From an uncultured Muribaculaceae bacterium (GTDB lineage: Bacteria > Bacillota_I > Bacilli_A > RF39 > UBA660): 32,911 nucleotides of DNA. The notes under the pieces are model-generated. The model had not been told where the DNA came from. It searched no databases and saw only the letters and a list, made by a program, of their open reading frames with translations. The translations under genes and the position numbers were made by a program. Where the stretch lies: positions 1 through 32,911 of the forward strand of contig CAZJQU010000002.1 in assembly GCA_964548645.1 (NCBI GenBank), written 5' to 3'. This document shows positions 14,047 through 24,538 of the stretch, in pieces (positions within the stretch are counted from its first letter, which is position 1; each line of letters begins with the position of its first letter).

Positions 14047-15573
14047 TTATTCTTTTTCGATTCTATCAAATAAAATATCTATTTTGTTTATTTTTATACC
14101 ATCTTCTAATTTACCAAATTCATATATGCTTTCAAATGTTATTTCTTTTGTATTTAGCGAATTTAATATTTTATTAGATGTATCAGGTAAAAATGGTTTT
14201 AATAATATTGATATGATTCTAATAGATTCAAGAATGTTATATATTACCGTATTTAATCTATCAAAATTCTCCTCTTTTGCAAGTATCCACGGAGTTGTAT
14301 CGTCTATATATTTATTGCAAGCTCTAGCGAGATTTATAATATGATTCATAGACAAACTTATGTTTAGATTATCTATTGAGTCTTCAACATCTCTTACTGT
14401 ATTCATAGACTCTTTTATTAAATTTTTATCTAATTCATCATTATTTTTGGTATTTTTAACTGTTCCATCAAAATATTTTATAGACATAGTAATTGTTCTG
14501 TTTATTAGGTTTCCTAGTGTATTTGCAAGGTCAGAATTTATTTTATCTGTTATCAATTCCTTAGAGATCAAACCATCACTTGTAAGAGGCATAGAGCTTA
14601 AGAGATAGTATCTTATTTGATCCAATCCAAATTCCTCTACCAATTCATCTGCATATAATACATTGCCTCTAGATTTACTCATCTTTTCCTTATCTGAAAT
14701 TAACCATTGATGTCCAAATATTGTCTTTGGAAGTGGTTCATCGAGTGCGAGCAAAATAATCGGCCAATATATCGCGTGAAATCTAAAGATATCTTTTCCT
14801 ATTATTTGAAGATCTGCTGGCCAATATTTCAAATATTTTTCGTCCTTGTTATCTACATCGTATCCCAAGAATGTAACATAGTTTATTAAGGCATCTATCC
14901 ATACGTATATTACGCTTTTGTCGTCAAAAGGAACTTTTACTCCCCAATCAAAAGAACTTCTAGTAACGGATAAATCTTGTAGTCCTGGTTTTATAAAGTT
15001 ATTTATTATCTCTGTTTTTCTAAATTCTGGTTGTAAGAACTCTGGATGTTTTTCAATATGTTCTAACAGTTTATCGCTATATTTTGATAATTTAAAGAAA
15101 TAAGATTCTTCGCTATGTTTTTCTACATTTCTATTACAGTCTGGACAGTTACCATCGTTTAATTGAAGATCCGTAAAATACGCTTCACAAGAAATACAAT
15201 ACCAACCTTCATATTTATCTTTATATATATCACCATTATCATATAACTTTTGAAATATTTTAGATACTCTTTCTTTATGTAGGGGGTCCGTTGTTCTAAC
15301 AAAATTGTTGTATGAAATATTTAATAAATCAAAGTTTCTTTTTACTTCTTCTGATATATTATCGACATGTTTTTGAGGATCTAAACCTATTGATTGTGCA
15401 GATTTTTGAACTTTTTCTCCATGTTCATCTATACCTGTTTGAAAGTATACATCGTATCCTTTTAAACGTTTGTATCTTGCAATTGAGTCTGCTAAAACAA
15501 GCTCATACATATTACCTATATGAGGTTTTCCAGAAGCATAAGGTATTGCTGTTGTAATATAAAATTTTTCCAT
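14047..15573 (-). CDS. metG: Methionine--tRNA ligase (short form, no C-terminal EMAP/Trbp111 domain)
   Basis: PYASGKPHIGN (HIGH) and KMSKS motifs, plus a CxxC..CxxC zinc knuckle. Start re-called at 15573 (AAGGAGG-ACAAT-ATG). Confidence 0.95.
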   Translation of the reverse strand: MEKFYITTAIPYASGKPHIGNMYELVLADSIARYKRLKGYDVYFQTGIDEHGEKVQKSAQSIGLDPQKHVDNISEEVKRNFDLLNISYNNFVRTTDPLHKERVSKIFQKLYDNGDIYKDKYEGWYCISCEAYFTDLQLNDGNCPDCNRNVEKHSEESYFFKLSKYSDKLLEHIEKHPEFLQPEFRKTEIINNFIKPGLQDLSVTRSSFDWGVKVPFDDKSVIYVWIDALINYVTFLGYDVDNKDEKYLKYWPADLQIIGKDIFRFHAIYWPIILLALDEPLPKTIFGHQWLISDKEKMSKSRGNVLYADELVEEFGLDQIRYYLLSSMPLTSDGLISKELITDKINSDLANTLGNLINRTITMSIKYFDGTVKNTKNNDELDKNLIKESMNTVRDVEDSIDNLNISLSMNHIINLARACNKYIDDTTPWILAKEENFDRLNTVIYNILESIRIISILLKPFLPDTSNKILNSLNTKEITFESIYEFGKLEDGIKINKIDILFDRIEKE

Positions 15574-15584
15574 ATTGTCCTCCT

Positions 15585-15765
15585 TAAAATAAAAAAACAC
15601 CCTTAAATATAAGGACGCTTTATGCGCGGTACCACCTTAATTCATATTTCTATGCACTTAAATCTCTTAACGCGAGTATTCGTTTGACTCCAAAACCATA
15701 CAAGAAGAAGTGTTATGCTTGTTTCACCAAACCAAGCTCTCTATAATAACTTAAATCTTCTGAAA
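15585..15765 (-). promoter_or_regulatory. T-box riboswitch leader controlling metG, with terminator (about 15591-15620)
   Basis: Minus strand carries the conserved T-box sequence GGTGGTACCGCGC (plus-strand 15624-15636) and a stem I AGAGAG motif (~15737-15742). Terminator: CGTCCTTA-TATT-TAAGGGTG followed by TTTTTTT. An AUG triplet (UGUAUGG) lies in the plausible specifier region; I did not fold it rigorously. Confidence 0.8.
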
Positions 15766-15807
15766 TTTCTTCTATGTCAATAACAATTAAATTATATCAT
15801 CTGAGCA

Positions 15808-18800
15808 CTAATTGTCAACAATATTTAAGAATTCTAGTGCATAGTATAGAAAGTGTTTGTTTAATTTAGATGTATCTAAAGTTACTTTTAATCTTTTGTA
15901 CTCATATGAAAATTTAAAATGTTTATTTATGAATTGAGATTCATAATATAAGTCATTTATATTTAAAGTATCCGTTTTTTCTCTTGTAAAAAGAAGATCT
16001 ATGCTTTTTTTGTTTTGATTAACCTTTTCTATTCCTTTATCTCTTGCTAATTTTTCAAACCATTCTTGATACATATAGAGGAGTAAGTTATCAGAAATTT
16101 TACCAAATCTATCTTCTAACTCTTCTTTTATTTCAACTAGTTTTTCATAACTATCTATCTCGTTTATTTTTTTGTGAATTTCTATTTTTATGTCCTCATC
16201 TAAAACGTATGCGTCTTCTATATGCGTATTTATATTTATTAGGGGAGTCTGTTCTTCTATGTGTTTTTCTTTATATATCCCTTTTAATTTTTCTACTTCT
16301 TCATTTATCATTCTTGTATAAAGTTCTATTCCAACAGTATCGATAAAGCCGGATTGTTCGCTTCCCAATATATCTCCAGAACCTCTTATAGATAGATCTC
16401 TTAAGGCGATAGATAAACCACTTCCAAGTTCAGTAAATTCTTTTATTGTCTTTAATCTTTTTGTTGCAATTTCATTTAAAGTTTTCTTTTTATCGTACAT
16501 TAAATAGGCGTATGCTATTTTATTGGTTCTCCCTACTCTACCTCTTATTTGATAAAGTTGAGAAAGACCAAATCTGTCTGAATCTATTACTATTAAGGTA
16601 TTTACATTTGGAATATCTATTCCGGTTTCTATTATAGTGGTACAAACTAAAACATCGTATTTTCTATCTATAAAGTCTATCATTATTGATTCAATTTCGG
16701 TTTTATTCATTTGACCATGTGCAAAAACCACTTTGGCATCTGGAACTAATCTTTCTATTTCTCTTACTTTTGATTCTATCTTTTCAACATTATTAAAAAG
16801 TATATATATTTGACCATATCTAGAAAGTTCTTTGTATATTGCTTCTTTAATTATAAAAGGATTTTCTTCTAATACGTAAGTTTGAACGGGATATCTGTTT
16901 ACAGGCGGAGTTTCTATCATAGAGAGTCCTCTTAAACCAACCATAGCCATTTGAAGAGTTCTTGGAATTGGAGTTGCAGATAGTGTTAAAACATCAACAT
17001 TAGCTTTATATTCTTTAATTTTTTCTTTATGCGTAACTCCAAATCTTTGTTCTTCATCTATTACTAAAAGGCCCAAATTCTTAAATTTTATATCATTACT
17101 TAATAATCTGTGCGTTCCAAAAACGATATCTATAGTCCCTTTTGATAATCCTTCTAAAACTCTATTTACCTCCTTTTTAGGAGTAAATCTATTTAGTAGA
17201 GCCATAGATATTGGATAATTTTTAAATCTATCTAGGGCACTATTATACTGTTGATTTGAAAGAAGGGTTGTTGGGCAAAGATATGCGACTTGTTTGTTGT
17301 TAGATACTGCCTTAAATATTGCTCTAAATGCAACCTCTGTTTTTCCGTATCCAACATCTCCACATAATAATCTATCCATAGGAATAGTTGATTCCATATC
17401 ATCTTTAATCTCTTTTGTTGATATGAGCTGATCTTTTGTTTCTTCATATATGAATTCTTTTTCAAACTCTAGTTGTTCGTTATTATCTGCCTCAAATGCA
17501 AAACCTTCTTGTAGTTTTCTTTCTGCTGAAATCTTTAGTAGTTTTTCTGCAATATCTTTTATTCTACTTCTTACTCTAAGTTTTGTTTTGTGCCATTCTG
17601 TACCACCCAAACTATTGATGTTAGGTCTTACTCCTTCTCCTTCTTGAAATTTGGTTATTAAATCTATCTTCTCAACAGGAATATATAAATTTTCATTGTT
17701 TTTGTATTTAACAAGTATATAGTCTTTTAATACTCCTGATTTTTCTAATGTTATTATTCCAGAATAAATTCCTATTCCGTGCATTTCATGAACTACATAA
17801 TCTCCAACTACTAATTTGTTTATATCGTTAATTTTTGAACCATATCTAAATTTGCTTGTATATTTTGATTTGATATTTTTAGTCTTAAATATGTTTTTTT
17901 CACTTAAAATGACAAAGTCTTCGTATATAAACCCATCATTTATTCTTTTTTCTATTAAATTTACTTTGTTTGATACTATGTTTGTTTCATCGGTTATTAT
18001 AGATTTCGTCTTTAGTGCATCTTTTAGATTTGTTATTTGTTTGTTTGAAGAAAGAGCAATTACTATCGTTTTTCCTTGGTTTAAAAATCTATCTATGTCC
18101 TTATTTAATAAGTCTATATTCTCTTCGTAATTAGTTTGATTTTTAATATTTAAGTTTATAACGGCATCATACTTAGTGTCTTGAATACTATCAAAACTCT
18201 CAACATATATGTTTCTTTTAGTTATTATGTTATTTAGATCGAACATGTAATCGGTTTTTATTTGGTCTTCTTTTTCAGCTGCATATTCAAATAAATCTTC
18301 TCTTAGTTTAATATATGAAGCCTTTATTTGATTTATATCTTTATATATTAAGATGGGATCTTTTAAATAATCTAGTATTGAATTTGTTTTTTCATAATAG
18401 TTTAAGTACTTTTGTTTTCTCGTTATATTTTCTTTTTTGCTTATAAACTCGCTCATTGGAAAAATTTGTATTTCTTCAATTTCTTTTGTTGATAGTTGTG
18501 TTTCTATATCAAAAATTCTAATTGATTCTATTTCATCTCCAAAAAACTCTATTCTAATAGGATTTTCTTGCAGACAGGGAAATATATCCAAAATAAAACC
18601 ACGCTTTGCAATATCTCCAGTTTTTTTAACAAATGATTCAACATTGTAACCAATTTCAAATAGATGACTTATTAATTCATCTTTATCTATTTCTAAATTC
18701 TTTTTTAATGTTATTTTACTTTTATTCCAATTTTCTTTTGTTGGAAGATATCTAAGTGCTCCCATTAAGTTTGTTATCACTATATGTTTTGTATTATCTG

Positions 18801-19083
18801 AAGTTATCTTATTTAAAGTTTCTAATCTAGTTATTTTTAGTTCTGGGCTGGTTGCATATACTTCCTCAGAAAGAAATTCATCTGTTGGAAAAAAAAGAAC
18901 ATCTGGATTGTAGTTTGATAGTGAGTCGTATATTTTATTTGCTTCATATAAAGTGTTTGCAACTACTAAAATATTATCTTTTTTTAATGCGTTTATATAT
19001 ATACTTAAGAATTCATCATTTTGACAAATAACTGAGGTATTTTCTTTTAAAGTTGTATTTATTTTATTATATAAGAATTGCAT
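15808..19083 (-). CDS. mfd: Transcription-repair coupling factor
   Basis: 1091 aa. RNAP-interaction (CarD/TRCF) domain (GDYVVHEMHGIG) and SF2 helicase motifs (GDVGYGKTEVA, DEEQRFG, LSATPIPRT). Confidence 0.95.
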   Translation of the reverse strand: MQFLYNKINTTLKENTSVICQNDEFLSIYINALKKDNILVVANTLYEANKIYDSLSNYNPDVLFFPTDEFLSEEVYATSPELKITRLETLNKITSDNTKHIVITNLMGALRYLPTKENWNKSKITLKKNLEIDKDELISHLFEIGYNVESFVKKTGDIAKRGFILDIFPCLQENPIRIEFFGDEIESIRIFDIETQLSTKEIEEIQIFPMSEFISKKENITRKQKYLNYYEKTNSILDYLKDPILIYKDINQIKASYIKLREDLFEYAAEKEDQIKTDYMFDLNNIITKRNIYVESFDSIQDTKYDAVINLNIKNQTNYEENIDLLNKDIDRFLNQGKTIVIALSSNKQITNLKDALKTKSIITDETNIVSNKVNLIEKRINDGFIYEDFVILSEKNIFKTKNIKSKYTSKFRYGSKINDINKLVVGDYVVHEMHGIGIYSGIITLEKSGVLKDYILVKYKNNENLYIPVEKIDLITKFQEGEGVRPNINSLGGTEWHKTKLRVRSRIKDIAEKLLKISAERKLQEGFAFEADNNEQLEFEKEFIYEETKDQLISTKEIKDDMESTIPMDRLLCGDVGYGKTEVAFRAIFKAVSNNKQVAYLCPTTLLSNQQYNSALDRFKNYPISMALLNRFTPKKEVNRVLEGLSKGTIDIVFGTHRLLSNDIKFKNLGLLVIDEEQRFGVTHKEKIKEYKANVDVLTLSATPIPRTLQMAMVGLRGLSMIETPPVNRYPVQTYVLEENPFIIKEAIYKELSRYGQIYILFNNVEKIESKVREIERLVPDAKVVFAHGQMNKTEIESIMIDFIDRKYDVLVCTTIIETGIDIPNVNTLIVIDSDRFGLSQLYQIRGRVGRTNKIAYAYLMYDKKKTLNEIATKRLKTIKEFTELGSGLSIALRDLSIRGSGDILGSEQSGFIDTVGIELYTRMINEEVEKLKGIYKEKHIEEQTPLININTHIEDAYVLDEDIKIEIHKKINEIDSYEKLVEIKEELEDRFGKISDNLLLYMYQEWFEKLARDKGIEKVNQNKKSIDLLFTREKTDTLNINDLYYESQFINKHFKFSYEYKRLKVTLDTSKLNKHFLYYALEFLNIVDN

Positions 19084-19093
19084 ATCTACTCTT

Positions 19094-19657
19094 TTATTGC
19101 TTTTTGTTGTATTTTGTCATCAATTTTTCAAATTCTATAGTTAAAAAATCAAATAATATATCATTTGTTGTATTTAAAACGCCTTTTAATACCTTCTTAT
19201 CACTCAATGATAGCTTTCCTAAAACATAGTCTTTTTTATCTATCTCGCTATTTTTTGATATTCCAATCTTCAATCTTTTATAATTTTCAGTATTTAAATT
19301 GTCTTGTATGTTTTTTAACCCATTATGTCCAGCAGAACTTCCAGATAATTTTAATTTGTAATTGCCAAGGTTTATATCCATATCATCGTTAATAACCAAT
19401 ATATCTTGTATATCTATTTTATAGAAATTGATTATATCTCTCACTACTTCACCAGATAAATTCATATATTTTGTGGGTTTCAAAATTAAAACTTTTTCTC
19501 CATTTATGCTATGTATTCCATATATTCCATTGAACTTTTTATCATTTAATTTTATATTGTTTTTTTTACAAAATTCATCGATAACTAAAAAACCCACATT
19601 GTGTCTTGTAGATTTATATATTAATCCAGGATTTCCTAAACCCACTATAAGTTTCAT
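19094..19657 (-). CDS. pth: Peptidyl-tRNA hydrolase
   Basis: MKLIVGLGNPG...TRHNVGF and GHNGLKNI motifs. Synteny pth-mfd. Confidence 0.95.
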   Translation of the reverse strand: MKLIVGLGNPGLIYKSTRHNVGFLVIDEFCKKNNIKLNDKKFNGIYGIHSINGEKVLILKPTKYMNLSGEVVRDIINFYKIDIQDILVINDDMDINLGNYKLKLSGSSAGHNGLKNIQDNLNTENYKRLKIGISKNSEIDKKDYVLGKLSLSDKKVLKGVLNTTNDILFDFLTIEFEKLMTKYNKKQ

Positions 19658-19669
19658 GTTATCACCTCT

Positions 19670-20452
19670 TTAATTTAAAACGGTTTCTTCTATTTGATCG
19701 TTTTCGTTTATTGTTTTATATTTTCTATTTAATATATCTACTGCGATTACTCTTTTTATACCGTCTTTTGTTTTTAATTTCTCTCCGATGTTTGGCATTC
19801 CTTTTCTACACTCTTCGTATTGATCATTTTCATAGCCTAAACAACAAAGTAATCTTCCACATGCACCATTAATTTTTGTCGGATTAAGTGCAAGATTTTG
19901 TGTTTTTGCCATATTTATTGAAAGACTATCGAATGACTTTAAAAAGGTAGAACAGCATAAACATCTTCCGCATGTTCCAATACCTCCAACTTCTTTAGCT
20001 TTATCTCTGACACCAATTTGTCTTAGTTCTATTCTTGTTTTATATATGACGGATAGTTCTTTTGCAAGTCTTCTAAAGTCAACTCTTTCTTCTGAAGTAA
20101 AATGAAACAATAATTGATTTCTATCAAAGGTAAAGTTTGCATTTACTACAGACATGTTTAGGTTGTAGTTTTTTATCAATTCTTCAGCCTTCTTCACTGC
20201 TTCTTTTGATAATTTTGTGTTTTCTAAATGTTTTTGTTCGTCTTCTTTAGTCGATACTCTAATGACAGGCTTTAATATATTTACCATTTTAGAACTATCT
20301 AACTCGGTAATATCAGTTACTGCCTTACCAAATTGTAGACCTCTTTCGGTTTCAACTATAACTGTCACATTTTTACTTAACTCTAATTTATTAGAAGAAA
20401 AATAATATATTTTATTATTATCATCGAATGATATTCCTATAACATCTATCAT
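19670..20452 (-). CDS. ricT: PSP1-domain protein (YaaT/RicT-like)
   Basis: 260 aa. PSP1 C-terminal domain with cysteine clusters (GTCGRCLCC, GACGRLLCCL). Follows holB as in B. subtilis holB-yaaT, with an ATGA overlap. Confidence 0.85.
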   Translation of the reverse strand: MIDVIGISFDDNNKIYYFSSNKLELSKNVTVIVETERGLQFGKAVTDITELDSSKMVNILKPVIRVSTKEDEQKHLENTKLSKEAVKKAEELIKNYNLNMSVVNANFTFDRNQLLFHFTSEERVDFRRLAKELSVIYKTRIELRQIGVRDKAKEVGGIGTCGRCLCCSTFLKSFDSLSINMAKTQNLALNPTKINGACGRLLCCLGYENDQYEECRKGMPNIGEKLKTKDGIKRVIAVDILNRKYKTINENDQIEETVLN

Positions 20453-21375
20453 ATGCTTGCTCCTTCAAATTCAAATATTAATGAATCAATTAGTAGATTA
20501 ACACTAATATTGTTTTTTATCAAATCTTTTTTTTGTATCAATATATTTATTTTGTTTATTAGTGAGTTGTTAGAGTTGTTTTTATCTATTTTTGACAATT
20601 CTTCTTCAAAACTTCCAAAATATTGAGTTGATTTTGTGTTTTTATAGCTAAAAGTATCCTTGTACATAAGTAACATAATTTGAAAAACAATTTCAATATC
20701 TTCTCTCTTTTTAAATATATTGTGAAAATATTCTTTTGAAAAACAGATCATTTTAGCTTTTTGTTCTTCCAAATTTGAAACAAAATTTATAGCATTTGTT
20801 ATGAATTCTTTACCATAATCATTTTTAATATAATCTTCTTTTGTTACTGTATTTTTGAATAAAAAATATAATTTTTCTTCTAAATTTAAATCTTCTGTGT
20901 CTGTTTTAGGCAAATTTATTACTTGGCATCTCGATACAACAGTGTTTAAAACGCCTCCTAAGTTGTTTGTTGTAAGTATTGCAATAATATCCTCTTCTGG
21001 TTCTTCCAAAAATTTTAATATGCTATTTGACGATGAGGGGTTTAACTTGTCTGCTTCATTTATTATATATATTCTTTTCTTAGAATTTAATACTTTTGTT
21101 TTAAATTCATCCTTTAAAGAAGTCATTTGTTCTTTTTTTATCCACATACCATCTGGTTTTATTTCTTTTATCTCACTAAATGTATTATTATCTACTGCTT
21201 TTATTATTAGTTTTGCAGTTTCCTTATCTTCATCCTTTGTTAAAATGCTCTTTATAAATTTGTCTATTATTGTTTTTGAGTCTAGGTTATCGTTTATTAC
21301 AAATAAATATGCATGAGAAAGATGCGTTAATAAATTATTTAGTTTGTTATCTATTTCATCATATTTATTTTTCAT
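20449..21375 (-). CDS. holB: DNA polymerase III subunit delta'
   Basis: 308 aa. HAYLF motif, clamp-loader AAA+-like fold (LKFLEEP, SRCQ). Synteny. Confidence 0.8.
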   Translation of the reverse strand: MKNKYDEIDNKLNNLLTHLSHAYLFVINDNLDSKTIIDKFIKSILTKDEDKETAKLIIKAVDNNTFSEIKEIKPDGMWIKKEQMTSLKDEFKTKVLNSKKRIYIINEADKLNPSSSNSILKFLEEPEEDIIAILTTNNLGGVLNTVVSRCQVINLPKTDTEDLNLEEKLYFLFKNTVTKEDYIKNDYGKEFITNAINFVSNLEEQKAKMICFSKEYFHNIFKKREDIEIVFQIMLLMYKDTFSYKNTKSTQYFGSFEEELSKIDKNNSNNSLINKINILIQKKDLIKNNISVNLLIDSLIFEFEGASI

Positions 21376-21382
21376 ATTTTTC

Positions 21383-21985
21383 CTATTCTGAGATTTTTTT
21401 TCTATCGGTCATAGCCATCTCTAAAGTTAATGAATCCAAATACTCCATATCTGTTCCAAGAGGGACTCCATGGGCAATTTTAGATACAATTATGTTTGTT
21501 CCTTTTAATAGTTTAAGTATATATAGTGCGGTGGTTTCACCCTCTATGGTTGGTTTAACCGCGATAATAACTTCTCTTAAAGAATCTTTTTTGGTCCTAG
21601 CAATAAGTGAGTTTATATTTATATCTTCTGGATTTATGCCGTTTAAAGGTGAGATTAATCCATCTAATACATGATATTTCCCTCTATAATTGCCTGTTTT
21701 TTCAAATAAGATAAGATTTTTAGCATCCTCAACTATACATATTGTTTCATCGTCTCTGGATTTATCCTTGCATATATAACATTCTTCATCTTCTGTTAAA
21801 TTATTACATATTTTACATTTTTTAATTTTTGTTTTTACTTCTTTTAATGAAGTTGAAAATTTATCAATTAACTCTTCATCTAGTGATAAAACAGAAAACG
21901 CTAACCTTTCAGCGGTCTTTTCTCCAATTCCTGGTAACACTTTAAAACTTTCTATTAGATTTTTTAAACTTTCTGGATAGTTCAT
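21383..21985 (-). CDS. recR: Recombination protein RecR
   Basis: LPGIGEKTAERLAF HhH motif, C4 zinc finger (CKICNN..CYIC), and Toprim domain. Start re-called at 21985 (MNYPESL). Confidence 0.95.
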   Translation of the reverse strand: MNYPESLKNLIESFKVLPGIGEKTAERLAFSVLSLDEELIDKFSTSLKEVKTKIKKCKICNNLTEDEECYICKDKSRDDETICIVEDAKNLILFEKTGNYRGKYHVLDGLISPLNGINPEDININSLIARTKKDSLREVIIAVKPTIEGETTALYILKLLKGTNIIVSKIAHGVPLGTDMEYLDSLTLEMAMTDRKKISE

Positions 21986-21986
21986 T

Positions 21987-22280
21987 TTAAAAACCAATAG
22001 ATCCTAAATTATATTTTCCTAATTTTGATTCTAATTCTTTATCAACTTGTTTTAAGGCATCGTTTAATGAAACTAAAATTAAATCTTCTAACATTTCTAT
22101 ATCTTCCTTTTCTAAAGTCTCACTATTTATTTTAATTGTCTGTACCTCTTTTTTTCCATTTACACTAACTTCTACGAAAGATTTTGTACTAGTAAACACT
22201 TTTGCCTCTACTTCTTCTTTTGCTTTTGAAATTTCTCTTTGCATCTTTTGCGCTTGTTGCATCATCGCTTGCATATTCAT
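21987..22280 (-). CDS. ybaB: YbaB/EbfC family nucleoid-associated protein
   Basis: 97 aa. MQQAQKMQ N-terminus. Conserved dnaX-ybaB-recR synteny. Confidence 0.9.
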   Translation of the reverse strand: MNMQAMMQQAQKMQREISKAKEEVEAKVFTSTKSFVEVSVNGKKEVQTIKINSETLEKEDIEMLEDLILVSLNDALKQVDKELESKLGKYNLGSIGF

Positions 22281-22282
22281 AA

Positions 22283-23977
22283 TTATTCCTCCATTTCAAT
22301 TATATCGAATCCGAAATCCTCTAATGTATTATCTAACTCACTGGTTGTAGTTTCTATTTTACAGGATATGGTTTCATCTTCAATTTCTTCCATTAATTCT
22401 ATTTTTTTATTTTTTTCTTTAAGTTCTACATATTTTGGTCTAAGTTCTTTCCATTTTTCCTCGCTTATGGCAACAACCTTATACTTTTTATTCAATAAAT
22501 CTTTTAATATTTTTTCTACTTTTGTCTTATTTTTATCGTGTTCATAAACTAAACTATCGTACTTATATGTTAACAGCACTCTATCTTCGCTAGCCGCATT
22601 TATATTACAGTCCATAAGAAGTGTTGCGATTGCCTTATTTTTTGATGTTGCAAGATATTCTCCTAACCTTTGAAAAGCTTCTTTTACTTCTTTTTTGGAT
22701 TTAGTGTTAGCTAGAGCGATTGTGTTGTTTATTAAAGCTTCTTTTAGCATATATGAATATTCCAAGTTTGGAAGTTCTTTTGGTTCTTCTACAATCTTCT
22801 TTTCTGTTTTATCTTCCTCTTTTTTATCTACAATAACATTTTCTATATCGGTTTTTTCCTCAATTTTTGTGGTAATTTTTTCTGTTTTGACATCTGTTTC
22901 TGTGTTTGTTAATCTAAATAAAGATAGTTGAAAAAGTATATTTGGATTAGAAGATCTTTTTATATTTTCTAGCAAATCATTAAACTCTTTTATTATCTCT
23001 GTTAATCTATCTATTCCAACAAGTTTATCTATGTTTTTTAATTCTTCTTTATAATATAGTTCTTTTTTATCAAAATATTTTTTTGCTTTTTTGAATATTA
23101 ATAAATTTACTAACACATCAATTATAGATTCTGTTATTCTTTCAAAGTTTTTTCCTTTATCGTATAAGTCCTCAGATAGTTCAATTAATGTGTTTATATC
23201 ATTTGAAAAAATCTTTTCCAATAAATCAAATAGCTTTGGACTTTCTAAACTCCCAGTCAGTTCATATAATGCCTCAATGGTTATATTGCCATTTGAAAAT
23301 GCGTTTGTTTGATCTAACAAACCAATAGCATCTCTCAGTGAACCATCAGAAATTTTAGAAATTTCTAACAAGCAAGCATCGTCTATTTCTATTTTTTCTC
23401 TTTTAGCAATAGTTTTCATTCTTTTTTGAATCTCTAATACCGGGATTTTTTTAAAATCGAATCTTTGACACCTAGATATTATTGTTACCGGAATTTTTTG
23501 TGGTTCTGTGGTCGCTAAAATAAATATTGAATGAAGTGGGGGTTCTTCTAATGTTTTTAATAAAGCATTAAATGCCCCAATAGACAACATATGTACTTCA
23601 TCGATTATATATACTTTATATTTACAAAAAACGGGAACTAATGTTGCTTTGTTTTTTATTTCTCTTATTTCATCTACACCGTTATTTGATGCTGCATCAA
23701 TCTCTATTATATCGGGATTTTCATCTATGTTTTTTATTTCACAAACACGACATTTTCCACAAGAAACACCCTCTTTTAAGTCTTCACAATTAACAGTCTT
23801 CGCAAAAATCTTTGCGACTGTGGTTTTTCCTGTTCCTCTCGTTCCAGTAAACAAATATGCGTGACCAATTTTACTATCTTTTATAGAATTAGTTAGGGTT
23901 TGTATTATTGGACCTTGCCCTATTACATCTTCAAAGTCAATTGGTCTATATTTTCTGTATAAAGCTTTGTATTGCAT
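22283..23977 (-). CDS. dnaX: DNA polymerase III subunit gamma/tau
   Basis: 564 aa. Walker A GTRGTGKTT, zinc module CxxCxxC, DEVHML, SRCQRF. Confidence 0.95.
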   Translation of the reverse strand: MQYKALYRKYRPIDFEDVIGQGPIIQTLTNSIKDSKIGHAYLFTGTRGTGKTTVAKIFAKTVNCEDLKEGVSCGKCRVCEIKNIDENPDIIEIDAASNNGVDEIREIKNKATLVPVFCKYKVYIIDEVHMLSIGAFNALLKTLEEPPLHSIFILATTEPQKIPVTIISRCQRFDFKKIPVLEIQKRMKTIAKREKIEIDDACLLEISKISDGSLRDAIGLLDQTNAFSNGNITIEALYELTGSLESPKLFDLLEKIFSNDINTLIELSEDLYDKGKNFERITESIIDVLVNLLIFKKAKKYFDKKELYYKEELKNIDKLVGIDRLTEIIKEFNDLLENIKRSSNPNILFQLSLFRLTNTETDVKTEKITTKIEEKTDIENVIVDKKEEDKTEKKIVEEPKELPNLEYSYMLKEALINNTIALANTKSKKEVKEAFQRLGEYLATSKNKAIATLLMDCNINAASEDRVLLTYKYDSLVYEHDKNKTKVEKILKDLLNKKYKVVAISEEKWKELRPKYVELKEKNKKIELMEEIEDETISCKIETTTSELDNTLEDFGFDIIEMEE

Positions 23978-24000
23978 TTTGCCTCCATAAGTATACTTTA

Positions 24001-24009
24001 ATTATAACA
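24001..24009 (-). promoter_or_regulatory. Candidate extended -10 promoter for dnaX
   Basis: Minus strand TGTTATAAT (TGn + TATAAT) about 25 nt upstream of the dnaX SD (GGAGG). Confidence 0.35.
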
Positions 24010-24040
24010 TGTTATGTGTTCAAAATATCATTCAAACATA

Positions 24041-24469
24041 TTATTTTTTTCTTTGAATTTCAAAAAAATCTTTCAATATTTTTTTAGATTTCTCTTCAAA
24101 AATACCGTATTCAATATCTATTTTGCTATTTGCAACTATTACATCTAAGCTATGCTTATATTTATTATTTCTAGTAGAACAATATACCTTTTTTATTCTA
24201 GTTTCTGCGATAAGTCCCATGCACATTATACAAGGCTCTAAGTTTACAAATAGTAAACAGTCGTTAAGCCTCCAGTCCCCTATTTTTTTACAGGCTTTTT
24301 TTATTGCAATTATTTCGGCATGTGCAAAAGGGTTGTTTTTACTTTCTTTTAGATTATGGGCTCTTGCCACTATTTTATCATCACAAACCACGATAGCACC
24401 AATCGGAGTTTCACCTTTTTTAAAAGCTTTATTAGCTTCTTTTAAGGTCTCTAACATATATTTTTCCAT
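24041..24469 (-). CDS. tadA: tRNA-specific adenosine deaminase
   Basis: HAE...PCIMC zinc-binding deaminase motifs. Start re-called at 24469 (GGAGGTGAA-ATG, MEKYMLETL). The ORF-track extension to 24502 would read through a parS palindrome and has no SD. Confidence 0.9.
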   Translation of the reverse strand: MEKYMLETLKEANKAFKKGETPIGAIVVCDDKIVARAHNLKESKNNPFAHAEIIAIKKACKKIGDWRLNDCLLFVNLEPCIMCMGLIAETRIKKVYCSTRNNKYKHSLDVIVANSKIDIEYGIFEEKSKKILKDFFEIQRKK

Positions 24470-24479
24470 TTCACCTCCA

Positions 24480-24497
24480 ATGTTCCACGTGGAACAT
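24480..24497. other. parS site, CC-type (ATGTTCCACGTGGAACAT; core TGTTCCACGTGGAACA)
   Basis: Perfect 18-bp palindrome matching the parS consensus TGTTNCACGTGNAACA. Lies 10 bp upstream of the tadA SD. Confidence 0.75.
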
Positions 24498-24538
24498 AGC
24501 ACAACTTTAATAATTCATATTTTACACTACTTAAACAT

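Noticed and set aside
22283-23977. Programmed -1 frameshift site in dnaX (the gamma/tau mechanism of E. coli)
   Set aside because: The A-rich runs present (for example TTC AAA AAA GCA around 23085-23100) are not in the A AAA AAG phasing and lack an obvious downstream hairpin. The sequence alone gives no support.
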